Positions 9,527 through 18,345 of a DNA stretch of 24,795 nt are shown in pieces. The stretch's first letter is position 1. The number at the start of each line of letters is the position of its first letter. The notes under the pieces are model-generated. The model saw only the letters and a list, made by a program, of their open reading frames with translations, was not told the origin of the DNA and did not search any database. Position numbers and translations under genes: made by a program. The DNA comes from a virus (Duplodnaviria > Caudoviricetes), in the IMG/VR virus record IMGVR_UViG_3300017785_003150, positions 1 to 24,795 of that record; one strand, written 5' to 3'.

Positions 9527-9948
9527 TTTCCCGTTGACCCAAAGCTACCTTCACCTCTGTCAGAAGAAGATAATTCTCCTTCTTCAAATTCAATTTGTGG
9601 GTATGGTAAAATAATTAGTTGTGCAAATTTATCTCCTACTTGATACCCAAAAACTTCTGCATCAGTTAGAAAATTTGCTTTTATACTTCCTCTATACCCA
9701 GAATCAATTACACCAACAGAATTGCTTAATAAAGCATTATTTTTATAAACACTACTTCTAGGAAATATTAATCCTACATACCCTTCAGGAATTTCAACAG
9801 CAATCCCTGAATCTATTTGAGCAATGTCAGTATCATCTGTAGAAAGAATATGTATGTCAACAGCAACTAAATCCATTCCTGCATCTCCAGGTTTTGAATA
9901 TTGAGGAATTACTGCATTTGGATGCAGCTTTTTAATTTTTACTTTCAT
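9523..9948 (-). CDS. dut: Trimeric dUTPase
   Basis: AGMDL, PRSS, GVIDSGYRG, AQL and RGEGSFGSTG: all five dUTPase motifs. Confidence 0.97.
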   Translation of the reverse strand: MKVKIKKLHPNAVIPQYSKPGDAGMDLVAVDIHILSTDDTDIAQIDSGIAVEIPEGYVGLIFPRSSVYKNNALLSNSVGVIDSGYRGSIKANFLTDAEVFGYQVGDKFAQLIILPYPQIEFEEGELSSSDRGEGSFGSTGK

Positions 9949-10178
9949 TTGAAATCTTGATTAAATTTAGATAAAACTTTATCTCTAAGTTCTGTATAAT
10001 TGTTTACTTTTTTAGTAAAAGCTACCTCAATATCAATAAGTTCTTTAGTAGCTACATTAGTAGTTTTAATAATGGTAAAATCAAGGGGTAATCCTTGATT
10101 GTAAATTACCCCTTGATAATAGCTTACTAATTCTGAATAATCATAATTAATAATTAATTCCATATAACCATCTCCCAA
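9945..10178 (-). CDS. Hypothetical protein
   Basis: ORF tiling the operon; the true start may be the second Met (MELIINY). Confidence 0.6.
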   Translation of the reverse strand: MGDGYMELIINYDYSELVSYYQGVIYNQGLPLDFTIIKTTNVATKELIDIEVAFTKKVNNYTELRDKVLSKFNQDFK

Positions 10179-10485
10179 AAGAATTAACTTTATCTAACTC
10201 CTTTTTTAATCCTGCAATAACAGTTCTATCAGCTTCAGATTTCTTTCTAAGGATTTCTAAATCTCCTCTTTGTCTACCTAGTAAACTATTAGCATCAGCT
10301 AATTCTTTTTTAAGTTTAGCAATATCAGCATGTGCATCATTTTCTACTTTTTTTACAGCTTCTAAAACTAGTGTAGTAACCTCAGTTTTAGGGACGCAAG
10401 TTGCACAAGATTTTTCTGTTAAAGATTCTTCTACAGCTACAGTAGGTTTTGGTTTTCTATTATTTTTATTTGGATTCATTATCAA
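10147..10485 (-). CDS. Hypothetical coiled-coil protein
   Basis: Heptad-like C-terminal half (DIAKLKKELADANSLL...LKKELDKV) and a CATC motif. Confidence 0.65.
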   Translation of the reverse strand: MIMNPNKNNRKPKPTVAVEESLTEKSCATCVPKTEVTTLVLEAVKKVENDAHADIAKLKKELADANSLLGRQRGDLEILRKKSEADRTVIAGLKKELDKVNSFGRWLYGINY

Positions 10486-10681
10486 TTAATTTAAATTGTT
10501 TGAGGATAGTTTCCTCAATATCTTTTATTTCTAAAGCTGTTTTTTCTGCATCAATATTAGAAAATAAATGGACATCCCAAGTAATTTTTAATGTTGATGG
10601 ATTAATTCTAGCTTCATATTTATTATCTACTATTACAGGATAATACTGCACTTTATCTAAAATATTTATCTGGAGACTCAT
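10466..10681 (-). CDS. Hypothetical protein
   Basis: 71-aa ORF with an A-rich leader, overlapping its neighbours in the operon. Confidence 0.6.
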   Translation of the reverse strand: MSLQINILDKVQYYPVIVDNKYEARINPSTLKITWDVHLFSNIDAEKTALEIKDIEETILKQFKLIDNESK

Positions 10682-10802
10682 TTTTAATTTTTTTAATTTC
10701 TTCTAAATGTTCTTCATCTAAAATATCGTTTAACTTATATTTTTTAGAAGCTTTAGATCTTTTTTTCTTCTCCTCTGGACTATCCTTAAATGTCTTTCCC
10801 AT
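10653..10802 (-). CDS. Small charged protein missing from the ORF track (49 aa)
   Basis: Hand translation: MGKTFKDSPEEKKKRSKASKKYKLNDILDEEHLEEIKKIKNESPDKYFR*. It fills the only gap between the 10786 and 10681 ORFs and overlaps both. Confidence 0.6.
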   Translation of the reverse strand: MGKTFKDSPEEKKKRSKASKKYKLNDILDEEHLEEIKKIKNESPDKYFR

Positions 10803-11193
10803 TTAATATATCAATAAATCTTTGTGGGAGATAAATGTTTTCATCCTCCATAACTTCTCTAAACATCCAAGCAATATCTTCTGGTTCATAGCCAGCTAAT
10901 CCACATCCAATTTCAGTTACATAAAACTTTAATTCAGGATGATAGTCAGCATACATTAAAAACCTAACAACATATTGTTGAATAAATATAATACTTAGTG
11001 TGCTAACCTTCCAGTTTTTAGTTGGGATAGCAAATGATTGACCTTGTGGACCAAATCCTTGACCAAGTACTGCTCCAAACTTATCTAAAGCAGTTTTAGC
11101 TGCCCCAGCTCCATGAATGCCAGCTTCATTACTCCCAAAAACAAATACTTCATTTGGTTCTAAAAATTCTATATTATCAGGTGTTATTCTCAT
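10786..11193 (-). CDS. A1S_2505-family / macro-domain-like phage protein
   Basis: VFVFGSNEAGIHGAGAA, SFAIPT and FYVTEIGCGLAG; the N-x-x-G-x-H-G-x-G and IGCGLAG loops resemble macro-domain ADP-ribose-binding loops. Confidence 0.75.
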   Translation of the reverse strand: MRITPDNIEFLEPNEVFVFGSNEAGIHGAGAAKTALDKFGAVLGQGFGPQGQSFAIPTKNWKVSTLSIIFIQQYVVRFLMYADYHPELKFYVTEIGCGLAGYEPEDIAWMFREVMEDENIYLPQRFIDILNGKDI

Positions 11194-11202
11194 AGTTTTT
11201 TA

Positions 11203-13107
11203 TTAAATTATTACACAACCATCTGCACCACAAGCTACTTCTCCTACTAGATCTGTAGTATCATCATCTTCAGTAACTAAAGATAAATCAATAGATGTCA
11301 GTTGACCTACAAGTTCATTATACTGTTCTTCTGTAATATCCTCAAAAGGAGCTTGTGAATAGCTACCACCATCAAATGGAAGTACAGATAAACCATTATA
11401 GAATTCTTTGTTATCCCACATCCATTGTCCTACTACTTCCCATTCATCCATTTCTGATACACGATTTATAGCAGTTAAATCATAATTATTATACATTCTA
11501 TTCTTATCAATAGAAATAGTAGCACTGACATTATGTGTATTATCACCATAAATGTGTCCTGGTTTAATCCAGTCTTGAGATACCTTCTTAACTCTCTCTA
11601 ATGTATCTATAGCAGTCTCAGTTCTTATTACAGAACCAGCAGGTGCTTTAATAGGAATTTCAATTACTGCTGAATTAGGAATTAACAAATGGTCTTTAAT
11701 TAGATTAGGATGATTAGCTGCTAAGTACTTATAAAGATCTTCTGACTTAGACATTTGCATTCTTCTGATATAATAATCATTATGCCAAGCATGAATACCA
11801 CTAGCAGTCCCTAATACACAACTAGTTGTACCACTAGGTTTAACGCAAGTAATTCTAGCTGCTCTATTAATCCCTAAAGTTTGACTAATCTTAATATTAA
11901 TTAATTCAGCAATTTTAGCAGCTTCAGTAAGGTCATATTTAAATACTTCCATAGAAGCAATACCAGTCATACCAATACCAACTAAAGCATCTTTCTCAGT
12001 AGTCTTTTTCCAAATAGGTCTCAAGTAATGGAAATCAGTAAATCCTGCTTGCAAAGTACCAAAGAAAGCTGCTGCTGCAACTCTATTATTTAAATCTTCT
12101 TGTGAAGTAACATCAGACACATTAACTTCACATAAATTACAAAACTGATAAGGTCTTAATGCAATCTCACAACAAGGGTTTGTACCCCAATCAGGATTGT
12201 TAGTAAAGTAAATACCAGGTTCACCAGCATGGCTAAGCTCAATCTTCTTCCATAGATCTAAGAAAAACTCTTTAGTTACTCTATGTCTTACAAGTACAGC
12301 AGAGTTATTAGCTCTACCACGTTGGGGATTAAGTTCCCACCAATTACCAAACTTACAAGTTAACATCTGCTCATCATCAGCAGAAAATAAACTAATAAGG
12401 GCGGCTCTACGAATACCACCTGCAAGTACTGCATCTGCAATATGACAGACAATATCGTGAACTTCAATTGACGATAATTTGTTCCCATCTTCTTTTTTAT
12501 CTAAAATTTGTTGAACCTCAAATAGACATTTTTTCAAAGGATCAGGTCCAGGTGCTTTACCACCAGCAGTAATCAATCTAGCACCCTTATGTCTAATATC
12601 ACTAAAATCAAATCTTGGGAGAGTATTTCTATACCCTAAATAGCTTCCTAGTAGATGTTTAACAGCATCAGCCCATCCTTCAATTGAATCACTAATCAAG
12701 AACTTTTGTCCCTTTTTAGGTTTTCTAATTTCAGGTAGTTTCTCAATATGTTTAAACTGTACAGAGTAACCTACTCCTGTACCACCTAGTAGTAAGAACA
12801 TAATCTCACCAAAAGCTCTGTAATCATCAATAGGAAGATAGCAACAATTGTAAATTCTAGCTTCATTCTTTTGAATAGCAGGACCTGCAAATTGCAATGC
12901 TCTCATTGATGGAAGAATTTTTTTATCAAAAATATAATTCCCTTGACTTACTATTGTATCAGCTAAAGATGGGTATTTATCTACCATCATTTGCAAATAC
13001 CTAAATATGATTTCATCGTAAGTTTCTCTTCTCTTGTTTTGTGGTAAATACTTTGCATATTTATTAAATGTTACCACATCACTTAATGTACTTAATCCTA
13101 TATCCAT
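11203..13107 (-). CDS. nrdJ: Class II (adenosylcobalamin-dependent) ribonucleotide reductase
   Basis: PSMRALQFAG, IYNCCY, GGTGVGYS, GGIRRAALISL, TNPCCEIAL..QFCNL, TCVKPSGT and C-terminal ACGADGC; no small-subunit gene adjacent. Confidence 0.93.
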   Translation of the reverse strand: MDIGLSTLSDVVTFNKYAKYLPQNKRRETYDEIIFRYLQMMVDKYPSLADTIVSQGNYIFDKKILPSMRALQFAGPAIQKNEARIYNCCYLPIDDYRAFGEIMFLLLGGTGVGYSVQFKHIEKLPEIRKPKKGQKFLISDSIEGWADAVKHLLGSYLGYRNTLPRFDFSDIRHKGARLITAGGKAPGPDPLKKCLFEVQQILDKKEDGNKLSSIEVHDIVCHIADAVLAGGIRRAALISLFSADDEQMLTCKFGNWWELNPQRGRANNSAVLVRHRVTKEFFLDLWKKIELSHAGEPGIYFTNNPDWGTNPCCEIALRPYQFCNLCEVNVSDVTSQEDLNNRVAAAAFFGTLQAGFTDFHYLRPIWKKTTEKDALVGIGMTGIASMEVFKYDLTEAAKIAELINIKISQTLGINRAARITCVKPSGTTSCVLGTASGIHAWHNDYYIRRMQMSKSEDLYKYLAANHPNLIKDHLLIPNSAVIEIPIKAPAGSVIRTETAIDTLERVKKVSQDWIKPGHIYGDNTHNVSATISIDKNRMYNNYDLTAINRVSEMDEWEVVGQWMWDNKEFYNGLSVLPFDGGSYSQAPFEDITEEQYNELVGQLTSIDLSLVTEDDDTTDLVGEVACGADGCVII

Positions 13108-13109
13108 AA

Positions 13110-13185
13110 TTTTTTTTAAAAAAACCAGTCTTCCTACCTGTTTATAACTGGGTATAACCTGCTTATATTAATAGGTACAGGCTAA
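13110..13185 (-). promoter_or_regulatory. Structured leader upstream of nrdJ with alternative hairpins
   Basis: Minus-strand CCAGUU/GACUGG stem followed by U7, overlapping a longer CC..UACCU...UAUAA / UUAUA...AGGUAGG stem. Confidence 0.4.
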
Positions 13186-13193
13186 TTTTGTAC

Positions 13194-14051
13194 TTAAATA
13201 GGCATTGGAATATTAATAGGTACTCCATTGACTATTACAGCACACGCTATAACTGGTTTTCTTGAATTTTCTTTACCATATGCAAAAGCATATTTCCCAT
13301 GATCTATACCACAGCCTACAGTAACCCCAAATATTAAATCCTTGTAAGAAGCTAAATATCTAGTGTTACATACAGTATGTAAGTGACCTATTACAGTAGA
13401 TTGTCTGTTCTCTCTAGCAGTATTAATAGCTGCCATTTCTCCAGATAATCCTGTCCCATGTTGGAAAATAACCCCATTAACTATATGCTTGAAATCCCAT
13501 TCCCAAGTAGGAGGACTTTGCAATAGTTCTTGATAAGTTTTTAACCAACCTTTAGGGAGACCTGAAGTAAAAGCTTTTCTAAATGGTAATGCATCATGAT
13601 TCCCAATACAGATTTTAACATTTGGAAATGTATAATACCACTTTTTACAAGCAGCTAATGCAGCATTAAATTCATTTCCAGCAGATAATCCATCAGGATC
13701 TTTATCATGATAACTAACAGCATGATTGTCTGTTAAATCTCCAATATGTATTACAGTACCACAATCATATTCTTCTTGAGTTTTTCTACAAAAAGCTAGA
13801 TAACCTTCTTTAGTAAAAGGTTCGTGAGTATCCCCTATAATTAACACATTGTCAGGATCTCCATCAGTATAAGGTTTCAACCCTTCATCAATACTAATGC
13901 TTTCATCCTTAATATATTTTTTAGCTAATCTAATAACTTCTTCATTAGTTTCACCAGTTTGTTTAGAAACCCTGTTAAAAGGTTCTCTAACATATGAAGG
14001 CTTAGCTTTTAAGAAAGCAACTACCTTCATTATTCTTTGATTATTATTCAT
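13194..14051 (-). CDS. Calcineurin-like metallophosphoesterase
   Basis: IGDTHEP, HIGDLTD, IGNHD, FQHG and GHLH motifs. Confidence 0.9.
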   Translation of the reverse strand: MNNNQRIMKVVAFLKAKPSYVREPFNRVSKQTGETNEEVIRLAKKYIKDESISIDEGLKPYTDGDPDNVLIIGDTHEPFTKEGYLAFCRKTQEEYDCGTVIHIGDLTDNHAVSYHDKDPDGLSAGNEFNAALAACKKWYYTFPNVKICIGNHDALPFRKAFTSGLPKGWLKTYQELLQSPPTWEWDFKHIVNGVIFQHGTGLSGEMAAINTARENRQSTVIGHLHTVCNTRYLASYKDLIFGVTVGCGIDHGKYAFAYGKENSRKPVIACAVIVNGVPINIPMPI

Positions 14052-14054
14052 ATT

Positions 14055-14705
14055 TTACCATTTAATAGGATTTCTCCCTTGGTTGACCAACAACACATTA
14101 GTTTTGTTAAAACAATCATCAAACTTCCAACTTCTATTTTGCCTACAGGCATAAGCTGGGTGTTCCAGTTCAATAATTGTGTGTCTATGGTCAATCATCG
14201 GTGTTATACTTTGGGCTTCTTTGCCTGCTAAGATATAAATAATATTATAAGGATGCAAATTCAGTAGTTCAATAATCTTAGCTGTAAAAGTTTCCCAACC
14301 TATATTCTTGTGTGATAAAGGAAGGCTTTTTTCAACTGTTAATATTCTATTTAGTAACAAAACTCCCTGATCAGATAAATAAGTTAAATCTGATGTATAA
14401 TCTAAATTTAACCCATCATAGCAACTGTCTTCAATTGCCAATAAAATCTGTCTTAGAGATGGGGGTACTAAAGTATTTTCTTTAACAGAAAAAGCTAATC
14501 CATCAGCTTGCCCATTAAAATATGGATCTTGTCCAAGTATAACAACTTTAGTATCAATATAACTAGTGTTAAAACATTTGAACAAGCTTTCTGATTTTGG
14601 ATATATCTCTTTTAACTTTCTTTCACTTTTTATAAAATTAGCTAATTTTACAAAATACTCTTTATTAAATTCTTCACTGAGAAGATTCTTCCAATCCTGT
14701 GTCAT
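14055..14705 (-). CDS. ung: Uracil-DNA glycosylase (family 1)
   Basis: KVVILGQDPY, ADGLAFS, PPSLRQI, QGVLLLN..LTV, SH..IGWE.FT, HPAY. Confidence 0.95.
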   Translation of the reverse strand: MTQDWKNLLSEEFNKEYFVKLANFIKSERKLKEIYPKSESLFKCFNTSYIDTKVVILGQDPYFNGQADGLAFSVKENTLVPPSLRQILLAIEDSCYDGLNLDYTSDLTYLSDQGVLLLNRILTVEKSLPLSHKNIGWETFTAKIIELLNLHPYNIIYILAGKEAQSITPMIDHRHTIIELEHPAYACRQNRSWKFDDCFNKTNVLLVNQGRNPIKW

Positions 14706-15324
14706 TAATTTTATATTTGTCTAAATAAGTTTCATGGTTATCATCAGGAATTGATGTATATTCTGCATCATGTGGTAATCTAACCCATTGTGATTTATGG
14801 ACAGCAGATGAATTCAAAAACTCTTCCTCTATTTGAGTTTTCTTCCATTGTTGTTTATACAAAGTCCCTGAAATATTATTTTTATTATCATCAGGTTTTC
14901 TAAGATATAAATCAGGATCTAGTTTATGAAACTTCATAATGATTTCTTTATGACGCTCTTTTATTTTAGAAAACTTACCATTTCTAAAATTAGTAATAGC
15001 ATCTACATATTCATCATCAAGTTTAAATACCATCATCCTATGATATTTATCAGGATCATAAATTTGTACAAATTCAGGTAACCTACTCATTTTGTCTTCA
15101 AAATTTTGAAAAATTGGATGTGGGCTAAATTTGTATAACAAAAATAAATGCTGATTTAATTCTGGAAACTCTTCACACTTACTAAAAACATTGACAAAAT
15201 GATTAGTAGGAAAGTTTATATCACTTTTACTAAAAAAACTATCGCAGTTTAACTTACCATTATTATGTAAAAACGGTAACAAATACCCTATGGTTTTATT
15301 CTTATCTCCAATCTTCCAACTCAT
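14674..15324 (-). CDS. Hypothetical protein in the replication module
   Basis: 216-aa ORF overlapping both neighbours; HLFLLYKF...YD...MVF...F.NGKFSKI pattern, function not recognised. Confidence 0.75.
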   Translation of the reverse strand: MSWKIGDKNKTIGYLLPFLHNNGKLNCDSFFSKSDINFPTNHFVNVFSKCEEFPELNQHLFLLYKFSPHPIFQNFEDKMSRLPEFVQIYDPDKYHRMMVFKLDDEYVDAITNFRNGKFSKIKERHKEIIMKFHKLDPDLYLRKPDDNKNNISGTLYKQQWKKTQIEEEFLNSSAVHKSQWVRLPHDAEYTSIPDDNHETYLDKYKINDTGLEESSQ

Positions 15325-16043
15325 ATACTTAATTTATTATAATCCAGATTAACAAACTCTGGATTAAAGTCAATATCTTCTTCTAACATTTTTAGAAGGA
15401 TATAACTCTTATAGAACTCTTTTATACCTTCATATTCACCATAATGTTTAATATATTCTTCAAATACTATTTCTCTATAATTTTTTGTAATACTGGTTTC
15501 AAAGACCTTTTCTATATATTTTTCTCCCTTTTTAGGGATGCCACTAATTCCATCAGCAGTATCTCCAATAATCATTGATTTCCAAAATGTTATATCAGCT
15601 TCTATAATTCCTGTATTAACCCATTCATGAGTTTTATAATTATAATGCTTTCCAGCAATATTGTATACAATGTCTTTGTCAATGGCTGCTATAATAACTT
15701 CAGGATCTCTTTTCTTAAGGATAGATACTGCATCATCTGGTTCAAATTGATCTACTTCTATAAATCCCCAGTAATCAACTAAATGCTGTTTAATTTCCTT
15801 TAAATAAGGAGGGTAAACTACACCGTCTCTGTTACTTTTGTAATCAGGAAATAACTCTTTTCTAAAGCCCCTACCTTTTCCTACAAAACCTAAATATTGT
15901 TTAGCTTTAGTATTAATAAGTATTTTACTAACTAGATTGTTAACATTTAGTATAACTCTATCATAGTCAATATCCCAAGCTTTAAAAACAGTATTCCACC
16001 CACAAATAAAACATATGCTATCTCCATCAATTACTAGTTTCAT
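15321..16043 (-). CDS. 5'-3' exonuclease / RNase H (T7 gp6/T5 D15-like FEN family)
   Basis: VIDGDS, FRKELFPDYKSNR, EPDD, AIDKDI, GDTADGISGIP..G. Confidence 0.9.
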   Translation of the reverse strand: MKLVIDGDSICFICGWNTVFKAWDIDYDRVILNVNNLVSKILINTKAKQYLGFVGKGRGFRKELFPDYKSNRDGVVYPPYLKEIKQHLVDYWGFIEVDQFEPDDAVSILKKRDPEVIIAAIDKDIVYNIAGKHYNYKTHEWVNTGIIEADITFWKSMIIGDTADGISGIPKKGEKYIEKVFETSITKNYREIVFEEYIKHYGEYEGIKEFYKSYILLKMLEEDIDFNPEFVNLDYNKLSI

Positions 16044-16566
16044 TTACTAACATTTTGATAGTTTCCTCACATTGAGTTTTATTACAAGGAACAAATATTC
16101 TACAAGTAGGGTTATTTACAGATAACCATAGTTTAAACAGTTTAAAAACCAATCCCCAACGCTCATTAGGATTTCCTTTAGTTTCAACAACCCATTTAGC
16201 TTTAAATAGATCATCACTATCTGTAAAATCTGGAGTATAAATCATTTTTCTTACAGATTTAGATTCCATTATAAAAGTTTTTGAAGACTTTTTATTAATC
16301 CAGATTTCATTTTCAATTTTAAAAGGTTCTAATAAAGTAGCAAACACTTTTTCATAAAAGAATGTTTTCCCATAAACAAATCCATTTTCAGTAAACAGAT
16401 TGTACATAGTTTTTTCTAAGTAACTTTGGAATTGAATTCCATCATGGATAACTTTCTGAGCATTACCTACTTTATGGTTCTTTTGTTTAGCTACTCTAGG
16501 TTTTTTAGCCCTTCTTTCTGGGGGAAGTTCATTTTTATTTCTAGTAGTAGTCCTTTTACTTCTCAT
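16027..16566 (-). CDS. PD-(D/E)xK endonuclease (DUF1064/T7 endonuclease I-like, possible Holliday junction resolvase)
   Basis: DGIQFQSYLE, YTPDF, VVETKG, FKLFK; adjacent to the exonuclease gene. Confidence 0.8.
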   Translation of the reverse strand: MRSKRTTTRNKNELPPERRAKKPRVAKQKNHKVGNAQKVIHDGIQFQSYLEKTMYNLFTENGFVYGKTFFYEKVFATLLEPFKIENEIWINKKSSKTFIMESKSVRKMIYTPDFTDSDDLFKAKWVVETKGNPNERWGLVFKLFKLWLSVNNPTCRIFVPCNKTQCEETIKMLVNETSN

Positions 16567-16811
16567 AGTTTCTTATAAGAATTGCTTTCAAACCCATCAA
16601 TAATAGACTGAGCTACCCCAATTTCATCCTGTAAAATTGTTGGGATATAACAAAGTAATGCTGTAGGTTCTGTAATTTTATAAATCCCATAATTAGTTGG
16701 ATGCATATTAACATTAGGATGTCTAATAGGATCATTAAACCCAAGTCTTTCAAACTTTGGTGTTTTAGGATTAGCTTCTTTTTTAAAATCAACAATTACA
16801 TAATCTTTCAT
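16563..16811 (-). CDS. Hypothetical protein
   Basis: 82-aa ORF with ATGA overlap into the nuclease gene. Confidence 0.6.
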   Translation of the reverse strand: MKDYVIVDFKKEANPKTPKFERLGFNDPIRHPNVNMHPTNYGIYKITEPTALLCYIPTILQDEIGVAQSIIDGFESNSYKKL

Positions 16812-16977
16812 TTTTGATTGTATTAATATATTTTAGCATAAATTCAATTTCTGCTATTTGCCCTAAGATTCTAACATCTTCAAGAGCATCATTTGTAACC
16901 ACCCCTGAATTAGAATTTAATAGTTTATCTAAAATTCTAAGGCGTGACTGTAGGTATTCTTCTAATTTTTCTTTCAT
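16789..16977 (-). CDS. Hypothetical protein
   Basis: 62-aa helical ORF overlapping the next gene. Confidence 0.6.
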   Translation of the reverse strand: MKEKLEEYLQSRLRILDKLLNSNSGVVTNDALEDVRILGQIAEIEFMLKYINTIKNERLCNC

Positions 16978-16980
16978 AAT

Positions 16981-17015
16981 AAAAAGAATAAAAGGGGGAT
17001 TTCTCCCCCTATTAT
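16981..17015 (-). terminator. Intrinsic terminator
   Basis: Minus strand AGGGGGA-GAAA-UCCCCCU followed by UUUAUUCUUUUU, immediately after the stop at 17016. Confidence 0.85.
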
Positions 17016-17312
17016 TTAGGCTGTAACTTCATCTACTACTACTGGAGTAGCTAGTACTGGAAGATCAAATACTGGTTCAATAATGTAAGAAGGAAGATTT
17101 TCTTTTTCTGTACGTTGTTTAACCATATTAAAACCTACCATTACTTGATAAAGTTCTTGTGGGGTAATCCCATAATGTTCAGCAATAGCAGTTCTATTGT
17201 AACCTTGATTTCTCAAAGCCCCTAGTTCTGTTTGGCTAATTCTAATTACTTGTGGGGTAATAGTGGCAGTATTTGTAGTATTTTCTTGGTCAAAATTATA
17301 ATTCGGTTCCAT
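17016..17312 (-). CDS. Putative helix-turn-helix DNA-binding protein
   Basis: LRNQGYNRTAIAEHYGITPQELYQVM fits an HTH pattern. Confidence 0.55.
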   Translation of the reverse strand: MEPNYNFDQENTTNTATITPQVIRISQTELGALRNQGYNRTAIAEHYGITPQELYQVMVGFNMVKQRTEKENLPSYIIEPVFDLPVLATPVVVDEVTA

Positions 17313-18333
17313 ATATTAAATTATTTTTAAAATTGTTTATTATGTTCTGAGCTGTGTCTACTCCTTTAAAGTAAACAAGATCAGATATGTCTTTTATTGA
17401 TGCTGATAATTTTGGTATTATAAAAACTGGGAGTGCGAACATATTTGAATAACATTTCATAGATTTAACTCCCTGTTCATCATTGTCATAGTTAATTACT
17501 ATATGCTTAAATCTACTTTTCAGTAGAAGTAAACAGTTTTCGGTTAGGAATATAGTTTCACTTCCAGGATTACAAGCATTGAATCCAAAAGATCTCCATA
17601 CCATAGTATCTTTTCTACTTGAAGTAATAATACAGTATTCTCCTGTATTCTCTAACTGATTATAACCTTCGACTATTTGTTTTGGCATACAACTATCCCA
17701 CTTATTCTGCTTAGATGCATATGGTCTTAAGATCTTACGGTAACCGTTAATTTCTTCATATGAATAAGCTGGGTCAAATATATTGTTTTTATAGTCATAA
17801 GCTAAATCTAAATAATCGTTTGCATTAACTCTCCAATAATAATCTAAGGGTTCAACTCTATAAAAATCTAGCAATTCTTCATTCAAGTTATAGTCACGCC
17901 AATAAGTATCAGTTCTGTTCCAATCTCTTTTCTTTTTTTTAAGAGAATATTTAGTTCTAATACCTTTAAATGTATCGGCTTTACCTATATAGTTTAATGA
18001 GGGTATTATACTTTTGTTATTTATAGTCTTTATAACACCAAAATCATTAGCAATTATCCTAAGAACTTCATTGAAATATAAATCTATTTTATACTGAGCT
18101 TTATATTTTGCTTGTATATAAGCAAAACAATCATAAGTTTCTCTAGTCCCATTATCATGATAAATTAATTTACCATTGTTATTGTATATTTTACAAGATG
18201 GGGTACTATCACTTCTGAATTCAGATGAAAACAGTTTATTTTCAACAAAGTTCTTACAATAATATTTAAATATTTGATACTCTGTAACTTTTTCTAAAAG
18301 TTTTTCTTTAGTAATTCCTAATGTATCAAACAT
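17296..18333 (-). CDS. DnaG-type (TOPRIM) DNA primase
   Basis: EYQIFKYY, SEFRSDSTPS, DCFAYI, EGYNQL, IITSSRKD, SET, INYDNDEQG, KDISD: the pattern typical of crAss-like primases. Confidence 0.88.
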   Translation of the reverse strand: MFDTLGITKEKLLEKVTEYQIFKYYCKNFVENKLFSSEFRSDSTPSCKIYNNNGKLIYHDNGTRETYDCFAYIQAKYKAQYKIDLYFNEVLRIIANDFGVIKTINNKSIIPSLNYIGKADTFKGIRTKYSLKKKKRDWNRTDTYWRDYNLNEELLDFYRVEPLDYYWRVNANDYLDLAYDYKNNIFDPAYSYEEINGYRKILRPYASKQNKWDSCMPKQIVEGYNQLENTGEYCIITSSRKDTMVWRSFGFNACNPGSETIFLTENCLLLLKSRFKHIVINYDNDEQGVKSMKCYSNMFALPVFIIPKLSASIKDISDLVYFKGVDTAQNIINNFKNNLIYGTEL

Positions 18334-18345
18334 TGTATTTTTTTA

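Noticed and set aside
11203-13107. Intein or intron in the RNR
   Set aside because: Length and motif spacing are normal; no intein terminal signatures.
13110-13190. Cobalamin riboswitch upstream of nrdJ
   Set aside because: Too short, and no GGGAA / GCCACUG / B12-box elements recognised; kept only as a generic structured leader.
10449-17026. ORFs 10449-10643(+), 14037-14231(+), 16814-17026(+) and 16613-16795(-)
   Set aside because: Antisense to, or nested out of frame within, better-tiling genes.
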